Virus record (IMG/VR): IMGVR_UViG_3300014934_000112
Span: 3,769-67,768 of that record
DNA length: 64,000 nt
From: a virus
Strand: one strand, 5' to 3'
The notes beneath the pieces were generated by a model that was given only the letters and a program-made list of their open reading frames with translations, was not told the origin of the DNA and did no database searches. A program made the translations under genes and the position numbers. Shown in pieces: positions 7,528-16,293 of the stretch. The number at the start of each line of letters is the position of its first letter. Within the stretch, counting starts at the first letter, position 1.

Positions 7528-7912
7528 CTTTGAATCTTAGTGGACTATCAACAATGAGCCGTGAATACTGAAACTGTCTTAAAAAATTCATAACAGTTCT
7601 AACATCTGCACCGCTTAAAGGAATAAATTTTACATATTCAGGTCTCCCAGCAATACATACAACTGCCCACGAATGCTCTGAATCATGAAATCCAACGTCA
7701 ACTGCTACATCTGTAATCTGGTTGTACATCTTCTTCATTTCTTCATTCTGCTTTGTTGAAATCTGACACTGACGAGCTGCCTCATTGCAATTGTTTTTGG
7801 CAAATCTTAATGTAGTGTTACTTTCATCAATTTCATTTTTTAAGGCATCAATATCTGGTTGTATGATTTCTAGCAACCATTTTCGAATTTTCTCTTTTAA
7901 TTTCTGGAACAA
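7502..7912 (-). CDS. Hypothetical protein
   Basis: A 136-aa ORF. Confidence 0.4.
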   Translation of the reverse strand: MFQKLKEKIRKWLLEIIQPDIDALKNEIDESNTTLRFAKNNCNEAARQCQISTKQNEEMKKMYNQITDVAVDVGFHDSEHSWAVVCIAGRPEYVKFIPLSGADVRTVMNFLRQFQYSRLIVDSPLRFKDELQRYFI

Positions 7913-7924
7913 TTAACTCTCCTT

Positions 7925-8125
7925 TTATATTTCACACGATCCATTTAATCCATATGGTTCATAACACAAGCCACTTACCCAAACCCAGTTATCGTCTTTG
8001 TATATGAGGAATTCAACTGTTTCAAAATCACAATAACTGTCACTATCTTTGTCTTCACGAACTGCATATACAGTGATTGGTTTCTTAGGTGTTGGAGACC
8101 TGCCAATTTCTTGTATTTTAAACAT
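7925..8125 (-). CDS. Hypothetical small protein
   Basis: A 66-aa ORF in the co-directional gene array. Confidence 0.3.
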   Translation of the reverse strand: MFKIQEIGRSPTPKKPITVYAVREDKDSDSYCDFETVEFLIYKDDNWVWVSGLCYEPYGLNGSCEI

Positions 8126-8420
8126 CTGAATCCTCCCATACTACATTGACATTGAACCCTAATTCCTTTAAAACATCTGTAAAATCATCAACATCTAATT
8201 TATGGTTTTCTAACTTAGTCCCATTGACTTCAATAGATTGCCAATCATCGGATTTAGTAATCGTAATTGTATTTGGTTCTTTTACTTCTTTTTCTTCTTT
8301 GTATTCCTCTTTATACATGTCAAAGTCTTCGCATAAAGCACACTCAAAAGAAGTATACTTATTCGCACAACTTTGGCACTGTAAATATAAATTGTCTAAA
8401 TCTTTATTCTTTTCGCCCAT
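8118..8420 (-). CDS. Hypothetical acidic protein with a CxxC..CxxC motif
   Basis: A 100-aa ORF containing CQSCANKYTSFECALCE. Confidence 0.35.
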   Translation of the reverse strand: MGEKNKDLDNLYLQCQSCANKYTSFECALCEDFDMYKEEYKEEKEVKEPNTITITKSDDWQSIEVNGTKLENHKLDVDDFTDVLKELGFNVNVVWEDSDV

Positions 8421-9075
8421 ATTCCTCCTCGCAAATATCTACTATATGTTCACAAAGTTCTTTCGGATACATTGATCTCAATGTTGCATCTTTTAATGCT
8501 TGAGTTCCGTATTTATTAGAACCTCTTGGAGCAGGTGGATGACACGCTGCACCATTCTTGCATGGCGGTTTAAATTTTGGATTTGGATGATTAGTCCAAA
8601 TATCCGTAGGTTTCATTCTACGTGTTTTCCAAGGCTCGTTTTGCATATATTGGCAATATGTAATAGTATATCTTGGAATATCTTGCATGAATTCCATTTT
8701 CCGTAAACCTGCTCTTGGGTTCTCCCAAAAATAAAACTTTGGTTTTAATTCTTTAACTAATTCCTTGACGTGAACATTCATATCATCACAAAACCTAGCA
8801 TAATCACTAACTGGATCAAGATTCCCTGTTTCTGAGTTCTTCTTTCTATGATGTGAAATTGCAGCAATACTATACGAAGTACAGTCTGTGCCAATCCATA
8901 TCACGTCTGGATGTCCAAATCTTTCAAGAATATCTTGTGTTGTTACTTTGCTTATGTCCGTATGCCATGAACTAGGAAATTTTTCGTCCCAGTCAATTGT
9001 GTAACATTCATGCCCTCTTGCTCTAAAAGCATTACTGATACATTCTGTACCACTAAATAATTCTAAAACTTTTAT
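8404..9075 (-). CDS. Divergent C5-cytosine-methyltransferase-like protein. It begins at an ATA codon.
   Basis: Extending the ORF-track start (GTG at 8904) upstream gives (ATA)KVLELFSGTECISNAF (motif I-like), then PDVIWIGTDCTSYSIAA (motif IV-like, with DCT in place of PCQ) and FYFWENPRAG (motif VI-like, with ENP in place of ENV). The in-frame TAA lies at 9082-9084 and there is no ATG/GTG/TTG between it and motif I. Confidence 0.45.
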   Translation of the reverse strand: MKVLELFSGTECISNAFRARGHECYTIDWDEKFPSSWHTDISKVTTQDILERFGHPDVIWIGTDCTSYSIAAISHHRKKNSETGNLDPVSDYARFCDDMNVHVKELVKELKPKFYFWENPRAGLRKMEFMQDIPRYTITYCQYMQNEPWKTRRMKPTDIWTNHPNPKFKPPCKNGAACHPPAPRGSNKYGTQALKDATLRSMYPKELCEHIVDICEEEYGRKE

Positions 9076-9084
9076 AATCTCTTA

Positions 9085-9306
9085 CCGCAATAGCGGTGAT
9101 CACCTTTAACTCCAGAGACTATAATTCCTTTCATTAAATATGTTTTTTATGTAGATCTACTTATATTAAATAATCACCAATATTTTTATAGTCTTAAATC
9201 ACATAAGACTACCAGAGACTTATAAATCCAATTAAATATGTTTTACGAAAATCGGTTATATGACAACAATTTTAGTTGTACCGATAAAAAACATATTTGG
9301 ATCAGA
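9085..9306. promoter_or_regulatory. Intergenic control region upstream of the C5-MTase-like gene. It holds two GATC-centred 10-bp palindromes, a hairpin and a ~34-bp direct repeat.
   Basis: The features are CCGCAATAGCGG (hairpin, 9085-9096), GGTGATCACC (9095-9104), GTAGATCTAC (9151-9160), the direct repeats CCAGAGACT.TAA.TCC..TTAAATATGTTTT at 9112-9146 and 9212-9244, and the hairpin AGTCTTA/TAAGACT at 9191-9211. Confidence 0.4.
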
Positions 9307-10254
9307 TTACTCCTCAAACTTTAAATTTTTAAAGAAATATGTAATGACATTGATATTCCAGCCATCACCAAGCACATTTGCTGCTTCATTTCTTGTCAAA
9401 CATTGTGTATATCCTGATGGAACACATTGACATCTTTCTAATTCTTCTTGATTCATATATCTAACTCCATCAAAAGCGTGTCCCGTATAATCATCAAGTT
9501 CACTGGCTTTAATTTTTCTTTTACCACCAGACAATCTTATATATTCATCAACACATTTTTGATAATGTTCCTTGTTCTTAAAAATTAATGTAGTAAATCC
9601 AGTTGAATAATATCTGTGAAACATTTTGCAAGGAGTTGAGTGCGGTCTGCTATCAACAACAACCAAACATCTAGCTTTGTCTCGATTACTCCACCCATCA
9701 GTTAAAATGTCATTCAATGAAACGTCAATTGGCTCAATGTCCTTATTTACACTGATGTTTGTCCAATAATACCGTTTTCTTAAAGCAGGAGAAACTTTTT
9801 CTGCATTAATTAGATATGGTTCGACTTCCATTAATTCACTAATAAAATCTCTATCATCTTTCTTCATAGAAGCTACATTCTCCATAAAGAAATATTTTGG
9901 ATTCACTTCTTTTAAAATTCGATAACACTGCTTGAATAATCCAGATTTCTCGTCATTATCTAACCCAATTCTTCTATCTGTCTTGCAAGCAATTGAGAAT
10001 GTCTGGCAGGGGCTGCCAAACATCACAATATCAATGTCTGTTTTATAGTCACCAGATTCTGTGTAAAGCACTCCATTTTTATATGTAACTTTATTTACAT
10101 CACCAATATGTATTGTTTCTGGATAATTTTCTTTTGTAACTTTGATTGCAATATCTTTAATCTCTGCTGCAAAGTATTTGTTAACTTTAATTCCTGCTTT
10201 ATCCAAAGCAATATGTCCACAAGACATTCCGTCACATAGACTTAATACGTTTAT
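9307..10254 (-). CDS. DNA (cytosine-5)-methyltransferase, Dcm-type. It begins at an ATA codon.
   Basis: The canonical motifs are (ATA)NVLSLCDGMSCGHIAL (motif I), FGSPCQTFSIA (motif IV, PCQ), FFMENV (motif VI, ENV) and ANVLGDGWNINVI (motif X). The ORF-track ATG at 10225-10227 lies inside motif I. An in-frame TGA is at 10264-10266 and the ATA at 10252-10254. Confidence 0.8.
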   Translation of the reverse strand: MNVLSLCDGMSCGHIALDKAGIKVNKYFAAEIKDIAIKVTKENYPETIHIGDVNKVTYKNGVLYTESGDYKTDIDIVMFGSPCQTFSIACKTDRRIGLDNDEKSGLFKQCYRILKEVNPKYFFMENVASMKKDDRDFISELMEVEPYLINAEKVSPALRKRYYWTNISVNKDIEPIDVSLNDILTDGWSNRDKARCLVVVDSRPHSTPCKMFHRYYSTGFTTLIFKNKEHYQKCVDEYIRLSGGKRKIKASELDDYTGHAFDGVRYMNQEELERCQCVPSGYTQCLTRNEAANVLGDGWNINVITYFFKNLKFEE

Positions 10255-10504
10255 ACCTGAAGTTTTGTTTTTATCTACGTTTCAATTTCTGTAGGTAAAA
10301 CAATATAAAAACAAATACATAAGAAAGGTTTTATCAAGTAATCCTAGGTAAAACGCAGTGCGCTGCCTTGTAAATACAAGGTTTAAATGACAGAAAATAA
10401 AAACAAAATTTTAAAGTCATCATATGGAAGAAATAAGACATGTCTAATCTATAGATATTTCTCCTCGAATAGTCATCAGAAATGTAACTAGAGATGTTAC
10501 ATTG

Positions 10505-10696
10505 TTATATATTTATTAGTATTACGGCAATTCCTAAAACAAAGAATCCCATTAAGTATGCCAATACTGCTGATTTAAACCAGAAAGAGATGTGCTTATC
10601 AATCTCTTTCTTATGTTTGAAGAATAAAATATTACATATAGTTGCTGAAATGACACACCAGCCAATCAGTATCCATTCAATTATGCTCAGTACCAT
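10505..10696 (-). CDS. Small membrane protein (two predicted TM helices)
   Basis: A hydrophobic 63-aa ORF. Confidence 0.35.
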   Translation of the reverse strand: MVLSIIEWILIGWCVISATICNILFFKHKKEIDKHISFWFKSAVLAYLMGFFVLGIAVILINI

Positions 10697-10793
10697 AATT
10701 ATTACTTTGAATATTCCTCTACACCAACCTTCCTTAATATTTAATCAAAAATAAAAATCCAATTGAAATATACATGAAGCTCAAATACCAAGG

Positions 10794-10948
10794 CTACTGT
10801 GGAAATACACTGCACAACGGCTCGATAGATTTGTTTTTCACACTCAGTTCAATTGCAAGGATCAGACACACTATAAAACCTATAAGTCCGATTGTTCCGA
10901 GTGTTAATGCCAACTTTTCACAAATATTTAAGATCAATGTCATCTGCA
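10794..10948 (-). CDS. Small membrane protein (51 aa), found by manual translation. It is preferred over the plus-strand ORF 10774-10971.
   Basis: [51 protein letters not shown], co-directional with the gene array. Confidence 0.3.
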
Positions 10949-11191
10949 TGATTTTTCTCCTACTCTTCTAAATCTGTATTTCTGTTCCACATCAGGATAT
11001 TTCTCGTGATCAACTTCACTCAGAAACATATCAACAGGTCTAGCATAGATGTTAAAATCTCCATACATTGCCTGATAGATTACCAGTTTCTCATCTGTTT
11101 CTGTATGAGTTGCAAGGTCAATCACTCTATAGAAATGTCCTTTGAAATGTTTGTAAATATCATCTTTCTTTGGTAAATCTCTGTTACTCAT
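10940..11191 (-). CDS. DUF1653-family protein
   Basis: The internal ATG at 11189-11191 has the RBS AAAGGAGATATTC; [40 protein letters not shown] matches the DUF1653 signature. Confidence 0.5.
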   Translation of the reverse strand: MSNRDLPKKDDIYKHFKGHFYRVIDLATHTETDEKLVIYQAMYGDFNIYARPVDMFLSEVDHEKYPDVEQKYRFRRVGEKSCR

Positions 11192-11204
11192 GAATATCTC
11201 CTTT

Positions 11205-11567
11205 CTAAAGTGTCTCCCACCATAGATCGTGTACTTTCTTATAGCCACCTCGACTTGACACATCTAATACTCTGCGAACTTTCTTGTTAGACAGTCTCTT
11301 ATGAAATCTGTAATCATCCCAATTGCTGATATATAACCTTTTATAATAAGGTTTCTTACGAGGTATTTCATAGAATCCACAATAATACTTGTCTACATAT
11401 TGCACAGGTTCAGGATACCCACCGATATTTTTAAGTCTCGCTAACCTTTGATGATAACTCTTCCTACGATTTCTTTTCTTTAACATTGTCTTACGATTCT
11501 GCTGAAATTTTGTAGGAACATATTGTAAAAAGTCTTTATCCTGTAGACAATCTTTTGATTTTGGCAT
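11205..11567 (-). CDS. Basic (Lys/Arg-rich) hypothetical protein
   Basis: Start reassigned to the ATG at 11565-11567 with the RBS AGAAAGGAG; [12 protein letters not shown]... Confidence 0.4.
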   Translation of the reverse strand: MPKSKDCLQDKDFLQYVPTKFQQNRKTMLKKRNRRKSYHQRLARLKNIGGYPEPVQYVDKYYCGFYEIPRKKPYYKRLYISNWDDYRFHKRLSNKKVRRVLDVSSRGGYKKVHDLWWETL

Positions 11568-11695
11568 AATTAGTACACTCCTTTCTATAGTGGGATAAAA
11601 GTGGAATTTTATTGCTATATTTAATGTGAAAAATCCCTTATATTTCAACGATTTTCTTATGTTTATTTTAATAATTTTGACAAAAGTGTTTTATT

Positions 11696-12289
11696 TCACT
11701 CATTTTCATTGTGTTCTTCTGTCATGGACAGATTATCCGAAGTGCCTTTCCATAAGACCACCACATTTCTTTCTAATGATTTTTGTACATCAACCACTTT
11801 CTGATTTGTTGATCCTGCCCACGGATAAGACATGTCTTTCAATTCGTCTACATACTGTCCGTCTACGAGGACATCTATGTAAGGAAGAATCTCAAGTCTG
11901 CAATCGTACATAAGATGGTTTGTTCTACTTCTGCGAGAATATTCAGCTAAGTCCAAACCAATATCTTCTGCTTTATTCCCTGTATATAACCAGATTTTTT
12001 TGTCTGGCATAAACTCTTTGACAAATTTGCATATTGCAGAAACACCATCTCTATTTTCTTTTGCTAAAGGCTCACCGCCAAGAATACTTAACCTTGTATA
12101 TTGGGGCTTTGATAACTGATGCAATAGTTCCTCAATTTCTTTAAAAGTTAATTTATTGCCGCCATTAAAATCCCACGTTTCTTTATTAAAACAATTCTTA
12201 CAATGGAAGTGGCATCCTTGAACGAAGAGGGCTACGCCAAGCCCTTCTCCGTTGCTAATGTCCATTTTTCTTATTGAAGCGTATCTCAT
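11696..12289 (-). CDS. nrdG: Anaerobic ribonucleotide reductase activating protein (radical SAM)
   Basis: Contains GCHFHCKNC (CxxxCxxC); lies immediately downstream of and overlapping nrdD. Confidence 0.8.
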   Translation of the reverse strand: MRYASIRKMDISNGEGLGVALFVQGCHFHCKNCFNKETWDFNGGNKLTFKEIEELLHQLSKPQYTRLSILGGEPLAKENRDGVSAICKFVKEFMPDKKIWLYTGNKAEDIGLDLAEYSRRSRTNHLMYDCRLEILPYIDVLVDGQYVDELKDMSYPWAGSTNQKVVDVQKSLERNVVVLWKGTSDNLSMTEEHNENE

Positions 12290-14523
12290 CTATTCAGCTC
12301 CTTATCATCTAAGTGGTAAACTCGATCATGGATATCCCCATATCTTCCCTGATTGCCTCCATTCTTAGAAGTCCCAATGTAACCACAGCATCTGAATGCA
12401 ATATCCATAGTAGAACCATCTTCATTTCCGCACTGAGGACATCTCCATTTCAAAATCCCATCTTCGTCAACTAATGGAATATCGCCAGAGTATCCACATT
12501 TTTCACAATAACAGCTCTTTGTATTGATTTCTGCATACATAATATGATCGTACATATATTTAATTACTTCCAATAAAGCACTCACATTATGTTCCATATT
12601 AGGAGTTTCAATATAACTTATTGCTCCTCCTGGACTAAGTTTTTGGAATTTTGCTTCAATACGAAGTTTGTCAAAGGCGTCAATTTCTTCAAATACAGGA
12701 ATATGATAGCTGTTTGTAATGTAATTTCTGTCCTTGCCGTCAATTTTTTCAAACACATCATTACCGAATCGTTTCTTTAAACATTTAGCAAACTTATACG
12801 TTGTAGACTCTAAAGGTGTACCATAAATACTGTAATCAATATTTTCTTCATTCTTCCACTTCTCACATTTATCATTCATTCGCTTCATGATTTCTAATCC
12901 AAATTTTTCACCAATTCCACCATCTGAATGAGAATGCCCAGTCATATATTTGACACATTCATATAATCCTGCATATCCTAATGAAATAGTTGAGTATCCA
13001 TCAAATAATAACGGATCAATTACCTCATGTTTTTTTAATCTACTATACGCCCCATATTGCCAAAGAACAGGTGCGACATCCGACTTTGTTCCAAGAAGAC
13101 GTTTATGTCTTTCTTTGAGTGCTTTATGACATAATTCTGTTCGTTCATCAAATAATGCCCAAAATTCATCCATGTTCTTTTTGGAAGATAATGCGATATC
13201 TGGAAGAGATAATGTAACGACCCCTTGGTTAAATCTGCCATAATATTTATGCTGCTTTGGATCATAATTTTTTGCGTGTGCGATATTGCCAATTCCTTTG
13301 TCTGTAAAACGATCAGGTGTTAAGAACGATCTGCATCCCATACAAGTATAGACGTCGCCTTTTAACTCTTTCATAACCTTTTCAGAGATATAATCTGGAA
13401 CCAATCTTTTCGCAGAACATTTTGCTGCTAATTTTGTCAGATACCAATATTCTGTAGATTCGTCACAATTATCATCTTCCAGGACATAAATTAATTTTGG
13501 AAATGCTGGTGCAACAAATACACCATCTTCATTTTTAACTCCTTCATCTCTTTGTCTAATCATCTCTTCAATCAATAAAGCCAAATCTTTTTTCTCTTGC
13601 GGTGTTTTAGCTTCATTCAGATACATAAAAATGGAAATAAATGGGGATTGTCCGTTGGTCGTCATAAGCGTGATCAGCTGATACTGTATAATTTGTATAC
13701 CTTTTTTGACTTCTTCATACAATCTATTGGCTACAATTTTTTCAATATGCTGTTCTTTATATGGAATATCAATATGCGCCCATTCTAATTCAACTTCAGA
13801 TCTAATTTTCTTTCTACTCACATCTACAAATGGTGCTAAATGTGCTAAAGAAATACTCTGTCCGCCATACTGAGAACTAGCCACTTGTGCAATGCCTTGA
13901 GTCGTAATATTGCAAGCAGTTGAAAATGAATGTGGCTTTTCAATTAATACTTCGCTAATTACTGTGCCATTCTGAAGCATGTCTTCAATATTTAATAATC
14001 CACAATTATGCATTTTCTGTAAAAAATAATCTCTGTCATGAAAATGAATGATACCTTCCTTATGTGCTTGAACAATTTCTGGTGGAAGTAAATAGCGTTC
14101 TGTTGCATCTTCGCTAACGATACCAGCAATATAATCTCTTTTTGTTGGATTTAATACAGAGTTTTTATTTGCATTTTCATCTTTAATTTCTTCGTTGGCA
14201 TCCTCAATAAGCCCAAGAACTTCGCTGTCAATAGAGTCATAATTCTCTCTCTGGAACTCACGAACACTACGATAACCTTCATAAGCTTTAGCAGTTAATT
14301 CCTGCCCTTTCTCAACAAGTTTTTTGAATACCATTGCTTCAATTGCAGAAATATCAATCTCTTCAGATAATTGTTTACAATCGTTCTCAATCTCTTCTGC
14401 GACCTGTCTAGCCACATCCTCTTTGATTAAACCAGATCCATTTTTCATTGCTTTCATAATCGCTGTGTAAATTTTGGTCTTGTCGAAATCTACAACAGTA
14501 CAATCTCTTTTAATTACTTTCAA
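12286..14523 (-). CDS. nrdD: Anaerobic ribonucleoside-triphosphate reductase
   Basis: A 745-aa protein with an N-terminal ATP-cone (VIKRDCTVVDFDKTKIYTAI), a C-terminal Zn ribbon (CEKCGYSG...CPQCG) and the glycyl-radical motif RCCGYIG. Confidence 0.85.
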   Translation of the reverse strand: MKVIKRDCTVVDFDKTKIYTAIMKAMKNGSGLIKEDVARQVAEEIENDCKQLSEEIDISAIEAMVFKKLVEKGQELTAKAYEGYRSVREFQRENYDSIDSEVLGLIEDANEEIKDENANKNSVLNPTKRDYIAGIVSEDATERYLLPPEIVQAHKEGIIHFHDRDYFLQKMHNCGLLNIEDMLQNGTVISEVLIEKPHSFSTACNITTQGIAQVASSQYGGQSISLAHLAPFVDVSRKKIRSEVELEWAHIDIPYKEQHIEKIVANRLYEEVKKGIQIIQYQLITLMTTNGQSPFISIFMYLNEAKTPQEKKDLALLIEEMIRQRDEGVKNEDGVFVAPAFPKLIYVLEDDNCDESTEYWYLTKLAAKCSAKRLVPDYISEKVMKELKGDVYTCMGCRSFLTPDRFTDKGIGNIAHAKNYDPKQHKYYGRFNQGVVTLSLPDIALSSKKNMDEFWALFDERTELCHKALKERHKRLLGTKSDVAPVLWQYGAYSRLKKHEVIDPLLFDGYSTISLGYAGLYECVKYMTGHSHSDGGIGEKFGLEIMKRMNDKCEKWKNEENIDYSIYGTPLESTTYKFAKCLKKRFGNDVFEKIDGKDRNYITNSYHIPVFEEIDAFDKLRIEAKFQKLSPGGAISYIETPNMEHNVSALLEVIKYMYDHIMYAEINTKSCYCEKCGYSGDIPLVDEDGILKWRCPQCGNEDGSTMDIAFRCCGYIGTSKNGGNQGRYGDIHDRVYHLDDKELNR

Positions 14524-14557
14524 TAAAAGACCTCCAATAAATTATGTAATAATATCA

Positions 14558-14758
14558 TCATCTATATGTAACGCACCCGTCTCCTGCTTTCTTGCAGTTC
14601 AACGTATATCGTGCATCATTACCATCGCCATCAATCTTTTCGGTTGATACGCTCTCAATCATCATTGTCTTACCTGTTTCTACATCCTTAACAAGTACCT
14701 CTTTTTCTATGTGTAGTTTAGAAACTAAATTCCTAAGCTGATTAATTGTTCTGATCAA
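14558..14758 (-). CDS. Hypothetical small protein
   Basis: A 66-aa ORF. Confidence 0.3.
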   Translation of the reverse strand: MIRTINQLRNLVSKLHIEKEVLVKDVETGKTMMIESVSTEKIDGDGNDARYTLNCKKAGDGCVTYR

Positions 14759-15332
14759 CTTCCTTTGTTGTCGCTCCTTCCGTGTCTCTAATCTGTCTTT
14801 TGAATCTCTCTAATTCAGCCATAATATTCAAACAAGTCATAGACAAACTTCCTTCATTATTAATAACTGCATCACATAAATCATAAGCTTCTTCAAAAGC
14901 AGATTCGTCTTTTTTCATTCTTTCATCAATTGCATCACTTGTATCGCCACGATCTTTCATTCTCTGAATACGTGTAGAATTTGGAGTATCAATACATAAT
15001 GCCAAGATATGTTTCTTATGATAATTTTCTTTTAACTGTTTTAATCCTGGAACATCAACTACATATACATCTGCATCATCACACTGACTTTCTGTAGCAC
15101 AATACCAATTGCCAGTATAATGATTCTCTGCAACCTTGCCTGTAATTCTGGAATACTGGGCTAGATTTACATATGTATGATCATCAAGTTTATCTGCTCT
15201 CTTCTCTCTGGTTGTATATGATCGTAGATATTTCAGACCGTAAATGTCTTCCAGATACTTTGCTGAGACACTTTTGCCTGCTCCAGATCGTCCAACCAGA
15301 GCGATTAAAACATTACTTTTATCTCCTACCAT
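14742..15332 (-). CDS. P-loop nucleoside/nucleotide kinase (dNMP-kinase-like)
   Basis: Contains LVGRSGAGKS (Walker A) and a small kinase fold; placed next to nrdDG. Confidence 0.5.
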   Translation of the reverse strand: MVGDKSNVLIALVGRSGAGKSVSAKYLEDIYGLKYLRSYTTREKRADKLDDHTYVNLAQYSRITGKVAENHYTGNWYCATESQCDDADVYVVDVPGLKQLKENYHKKHILALCIDTPNSTRIQRMKDRGDTSDAIDERMKKDESAFEEAYDLCDAVINNEGSLSMTCLNIMAELERFKRQIRDTEGATTKEVDQNN

Positions 15333-15334
15333 CT

Positions 15335-15463
15335 CTATAAGTCCTTTTCTAATTTCTTGATTCTTCTATTGATTTTTGTTACGATTTTGCCGTTATCTTT
15401 GCCTCTAGCGATTAAGACGGCTTTTCTATCCTTTAATAAATTTAACTGATCTAATTTTGTCAT
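15335..15463 (-). CDS. Small basic protein (42 aa), found by manual translation
   Basis: MTKLDQLNLLKDRKAVLIARGKDNGKIVTKINRRIKKLEKDL with the RBS AAGGAGAAAATGAGTAT. Confidence 0.35.
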   Translation of the reverse strand: MTKLDQLNLLKDRKAVLIARGKDNGKIVTKINRRIKKLEKDL

Positions 15464-15490
15464 ATACTCATTTTCTCCTTAGGCTATATT

Positions 15491-16051
15491 TTAGTTTTCA
15501 GTTGCTGTTTCTGACGATTCCTCTACGACCTCAGCAGAATCATCATCTACATATTCAATATCTTCTTCTTTTACTTTTGTTGCAGGGTCGAGTCTTTCAT
15601 AATCCTCTTCTGTGGCTGGCTCTGTTTTAACAGTTCCACATTTTTCGCAATAAGTTGTCCAATGATATCCATTCTCTTCATCATATGCAATTGTTTTTTC
15701 TGCCCACACATGATCACAGGTTTCATCTGCGTCATCTGGGTATTCTGGTTCTGTATAATCTGCATCGTCTGTATCGTCTGCGGTAGAATTTTCAGTATTT
15801 TTTTCTTCTTCTGTTGTTGCCGATACATCATTTGTTGTATCTTTAGAATCTTCTTTGACGGCATTTTTCTTATTATTTTTCTGCTCTGTTGTGTTCTTTG
15901 TAGTTTCTGTAGTTGACTTACCTTCTGTTGTTGCAGAAACCTGTTTATCAGTGTTATTATTTAGTGTATCTGCATAAATAGTATATGCTGAAACGCATCC
16001 TACTGCTGTTAACATTAATGCTCCAGCGATTAATAATTTTTTAATTCTCAT
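15491..16051 (-). CDS. Secreted acidic lipoprotein with a Thr/Glu-rich low-complexity region and a C-terminal Cys motif
   Basis: Has a signal peptide with a lipobox (LTAVGC) and the C-terminal motif CDHVWAEK...CEKCG. Confidence 0.5.
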   Translation of the reverse strand: MRIKKLLIAGALMLTAVGCVSAYTIYADTLNNNTDKQVSATTEGKSTTETTKNTTEQKNNKKNAVKEDSKDTTNDVSATTEEEKNTENSTADDTDDADYTEPEYPDDADETCDHVWAEKTIAYDEENGYHWTTYCEKCGTVKTEPATEEDYERLDPATKVKEEDIEYVDDDSAEVVEESSETATEN

Positions 16052-16073
16052 AATATATTCTCCTTTTAATCTA

Positions 16074-16244
16074 TCAATCCATGAACGATGTCACCACATA
16101 GAAGGCGATCGCCATTAATACAATTGTTACAATTACTACTACTCCAATTGGTATTACAATATTTGTTATTATCCAAAACGCAAATGCAAATACACCAACA
16201 GATATGAATGTTGCAAGAAACCAGATAATGGTCAGTACGATCAT
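16074..16244 (-). CDS. Small hydrophobic membrane protein (56 aa). It replaces the ORF-track frame at 16066-16284.
   Basis: MIVLTIIWFLATFISVGVFAFAFWIITNIVIPIGVVVIVTIVLMAIAFYVVTSFMD; the alternative track frame is Cys/Asn-rich and looks non-coding. Confidence 0.35.
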   Translation of the reverse strand: MIVLTIIWFLATFISVGVFAFAFWIITNIVIPIGVVVIVTIVLMAIAFYVVTSFMD

Positions 16245-16293
16245 CGCCAAGAAAAATTTTAAGATTTTTCTTTATGATATTCAATCACCTACC

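Noticed and set aside
10228-10300. In-frame ATG (10297-10299) upstream of the Dcm-type methyltransferase, reachable only by reading through a TGA, which raised the possibility of TGA-to-Trp recoding
   Set aside because: Long uninterrupted standard-code ORFs elsewhere argue against recoding. The upstream peptide MYLFLYCFTYRN is hydrophobic junk with no RBS.
15662-15916. Cys/Ile/Phe-rich plus-strand ORF and the alternative minus-strand frame 15571-15864 inside the lipoprotein gene
   Set aside because: These are reading-frame artefacts of the Thr/Glu-rich repeat region of 15491-16051.
16066-16284. ORF-track 72-aa frame (MNIIKKNLKIFLGDDR...)
   Set aside because: It is a Cys/Asn-rich implausible peptide. 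The overlapping 56-aa highly hydrophobic frame (16074-16244) is a better candidate membrane protein.
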